A model generated the notes under the pieces. It was not told the origin of the DNA, ran no database searches, and was given only the letters and a program-made list of their open reading frames with translations. Below are positions 63,301 through 64,000 of a DNA stretch of 64,000 nucleotides, in pieces. The position numbers and the translations under genes were made by a program. The stretch lies in the NCBI GenBank assembly GCA_047967505.1, contig CM106538.1. One strand, 5' to 3'. This DNA comes from Dipteris shenzhenensis. Taxonomy: Eukaryota. Within the stretch, counting starts at the first letter, position 1; every line of letters starts with the position of its first letter.

Positions 63301-64000
63301 GGTAGAGCTGGTTGATGATTCTTCGGCTAGCACTGATGTTACGCAAAGTGGTGAGATGGCCAAGCTGGCTAATCTTATAACAGAGGAGTTCTCTGAATGT
63401 TTTAGGGATGAACTACATTATGGGTTACCTCCAGAGCGGAAAGTTCAACATAAGATTGAACTAATCCCGGGGGCAGAACCTGTAAATAGACCTCCCTATA
63501 GAATGAGTTTTACTGAAGAGGCGGAGTTGCGTAGACAACTGGAAGAATACCTCAAGTTGGGGCAGATTCAACCAAGTTTCTCACCTTTTGCTTCGCCAGT
63601 GATATTAAAGAAGAAAAAGGATGATACGTTTCGCCTCTGTATAGATTACAGAGCATTGAATAATATCACTGTTAAGCACAGGTATCCGATGGCTCGGATT
63701 GATGATTTGCTAGATGCATTACATGGAGCCGTGATTTTCAGCAAGATAGATCTTAAGTGTGGCTACCATCGAATCCGGATTAGAGCTGAGGATGTGCATA
63801 AAACCGCTTTCAGAAGCAGGTTTGGTCATTATGAGTTTTTGGTAATGCCCTTCGGACTTATCAATGCTCCAGCGACCTTCATCATGCTTATGAACGATTT
63901 ACTACGTCCGTATATCGGAAAGTTCGTGGTACATTTTATTGACGATATCCTGATATTCAGTGAAAGTATTACTGAGCATCGTGAACACTTAAGAGTAGTG
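60381..64000 (+). mobile_element. Gypsy-4 (same family as Gypsy-3): 5' LTR 60381-60841, PBS, gag-PR-RT; continues beyond the window
   Basis: TG...CA LTR; TGGTATCAGAGC at 60845; gag from 61530; ORF 61859-63211; RT to FIDDILIFS; scattered stops. Confidence 0.95.

Overview
Eukaryotic land-plant nuclear DNA. A fern or other seed-free plant is my inference from the TE spectrum, the long GA/GT tracts and a 5S variant. At the left end (1-1917, minus strand) are nine exons of a chloroplast-type HExxH, M41-like membrane metalloprotease gene resembling Arabidopsis At2g21960. It includes a 10-nt microexon and a GC-AG intron. A second, unidentified plus-strand gene may start near 33.4 kb. The rest is mostly transposon debris: four chromovirus-type Gypsy elements (three lack the integrase core), a Copia with both LTRs and a TSD, an orphan short LTR+PBS, a probable Helitron, RTE/RTEX-like LINE derivatives and L1 fragments. 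The most striking structure is at 41.6-59 kb. Six L1-clade units lie head to tail, five with poly(A) tails running into (GT)n, and three diverged ones have 5' leaders packed with (C)CGTAC motifs. Beside them is an opposite-strand stack of RTE-like 3' ends with (CT)n/(CTTT)n tails. Also notable is an antisense 5S rRNA-derived core upstream of a gag-like ORF at 22.4 kb. Everything was read by eye and no database searches were run.
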